Assembly: GCF_006345805.1 (NCBI RefSeq)
Contig: NC_043019.1
Coordinates: 10,973,360-11,037,359 of the forward strand
Length of the DNA: 64,000 nt
Direction: 5' to 3'
DNA from: Octopus sinensis
Taxonomy: Eukaryota
How positions within the stretch are numbered: position 1 is the first letter of the stretch; the number at the start of each line of letters is the position of its first letter. The notes under the pieces were generated by a model. The model searched no databases, had not been told where the DNA came from, and saw nothing but the letters and a program-made list of their open reading frames with translations. The position numbers were made by a program, and so were the translations under genes. This document shows positions 62,277 to 64,000 of the stretch, piece by piece.

Positions 62277-62481
62277 GTGCCGCAAAGTTCCTAGCTTTAA
62301 GGGTATTGGGAAAGGCCTCATTGGACGCTTCAATCTTCCAAATTCTTTTACAAAGCTTAGAAAAACTGAAGGACTGCTGCAATAATTATGTGAATCTGAG
62401 AAGGGAATATGTTGAATAAAATCATAATTAACTGATCCTCCTGTGTTTTCTTTTACCCAAAACCAGGAACTTTTCAGCACC
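62277..62481 (+). mobile_element. Mariner-derived MITE
   Basis: TIRs GTGCCGCAAAGTTCCTAGCTTT and reverse complement of AAACCAGGAACTTTTCAGCAC; retains the transposase end LEKLKDCCNNYVNLRREYVE*; related pieces at 8890 and 9148-9245. Confidence 0.75.
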
Positions 62482-64000
62482 GCTTTGCAGTGTGTGCTCT
62501 CATAAATGAATTTGTCTTTTTTTTTTTAATATAGTAATATTCTTAAGATCACTCTAAACAAATTTGTATTTTGAAATCCTCTATTGATGTGAGCAAGTTA
62601 TTCCTAACTAGTGTACATTCAACTGGTTTCATTTCTAATCTGAGTCTTCTTTCTATGTTCAACTTAACAAGGTGGGATATTTTTAAGGGCTTTTTCAGTT
62701 TGCTTCCTGTACATATTCTATGCAGTTTAGGTTACTATTACTGATGAGTTGTAGTGCACCTGAGCACTGTATAGTTCATTATCATTGTTACTATTGGTGA
62801 ATTTGCAGAAATGTTAGCATGCTGGGCAAAATGCTTTGTGGCATTTCGTCTGTCTTTACGTTCTGAGTTCAACTTTGCCTTTCATCCTTTTGGGGGGTCA
62901 ATAAAGTAAGTACCAGTTTATCACTGGGGTTGATGTAATCGACTTAATCCTGATCATGAACTTGCTGGCCTTGTGCCAAAATTTGAAACCATTATTATTA
63001 TTTCATTTTTATACATCAGTATTTTATTTTCATTTTGGTTATGGGTGCAGGCATTGGCTGTGTAGCAAGAAGTCTACTACATGGTTCCGGGTTCAATCCC
63101 ACTGTCAAGCTGACCAAAGCCTTGAGTAGATTTGGTAGATGGAAACTGACAAAAACCTGGCACATGTGTGTGTGTGTGAATTAGTCTCTTTGCCTTGATA
63201 TTGCACGATAGTTGTAAACAAGCGTCACCGTCAAACAAGCAGTGTCCTTCATTTTAAATCTTCCATGATAAACATGTCTGGTCATGAGAAAATATTACCT
63301 ACTTGGAAACATATCAGGTGCCGTTTCCTCTGTGGTTTAGTCTTTCAGATTTGTCCTGGGTAAGAAGACTCAGAGTTTCAAAAAATGTGGAGCCACCTCT
63401 TGACCACTAATATTTCCTAGGCTTACTCTGACCCAGAAAAGTAATTACCTGTCAGGGACCCATCTATGGGCTAAGAAGCTTGTTGCGGAATAAACCCTCG
63501 TTGCCTTGTGAGTATCTGGAGATCCTTCAGGTGATCCAGTACCCTCTTTGATACCATTTCAGCAAATCCAGGGTAGGTGGAGCTCACCAGCCCTGTGATG
63601 TAATTCACCTAGAAGGCTGTTCCAATGTAAAAAGCTTCAACTTGCTGGATATCGCCCACCGAAATTAAGTACCAGTTACGCACTAGGGTCAATGTAACCG
63701 ACTTAATCTCTTTGTCCCCCCTGTGTTTAGCCCCTTGTGGGCAATAAAGAAATAAGAAGCTTGCTTCCCAACCACGTGGTCCTGAGTTCAGTTCCACTGC
63801 ATAGCACCTTGGGCAAGTGTCTTCTATAGCCTCAGGTCGACCAAATCCTCGAGTGGATTTGGAAGGAGGAAAACTGAAAGAAGCCTATTATATATATATG
63901 TGTTTGTCCTTCCATCATTGCTTGACAACTGATCTTGGTGTTTACATCTTCGTAACTTAGTGGTTCGGCAAAAGACCTGATAGAATAAGTCCAGGGATCG

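Overview
Repeat- and microsatellite-dense animal genomic DNA, most likely an octopus (inferred from the SINE, LINE and MITE families and the extreme microsatellite load), with one 100-N scaffold gap at 35999-36098. The only host gene I can support is HINT3 on the + strand: four coding exons (2022-2139, 15128-15194, 17174-17300, 18786-18842) splice in frame through GT-AG junctions into 122 C-terminal residues with the HLHLH histidine triad; its first exon(s) lie upstream of the window. Nearly every other ORF in the track is a microsatellite translation or a decayed transposon fragment (RTE, CR1, L1/Tx1 and R4/Dong LINEs; mariner and Tc1 transposases; Helitrons; several MITE and SINE families). 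The most notable signal is a set of sequence-unrelated 190-310 bp non-coding elements embedded in (TA)n, each carrying a minimal type I hammerhead-ribozyme-like fold with a palindromic stem III, as in Penelope-associated hammerheads. Their cores are non-canonical: a compensatory G3-C8 swap, U4C in two families, and A6U. Two of the elements are 75-77 bp fold-back palindromes whose axis sits at the hammerhead. Other oddities: TIR elements flanked by unusually long (15 bp and about 59 bp) direct repeats, a head-to-tail Helitron dimer, a duplicated RTE tail with three C2H2 fingers, and a CpG-decay footprint over the HINT3 gene body. All alignments and identities were done by eye.
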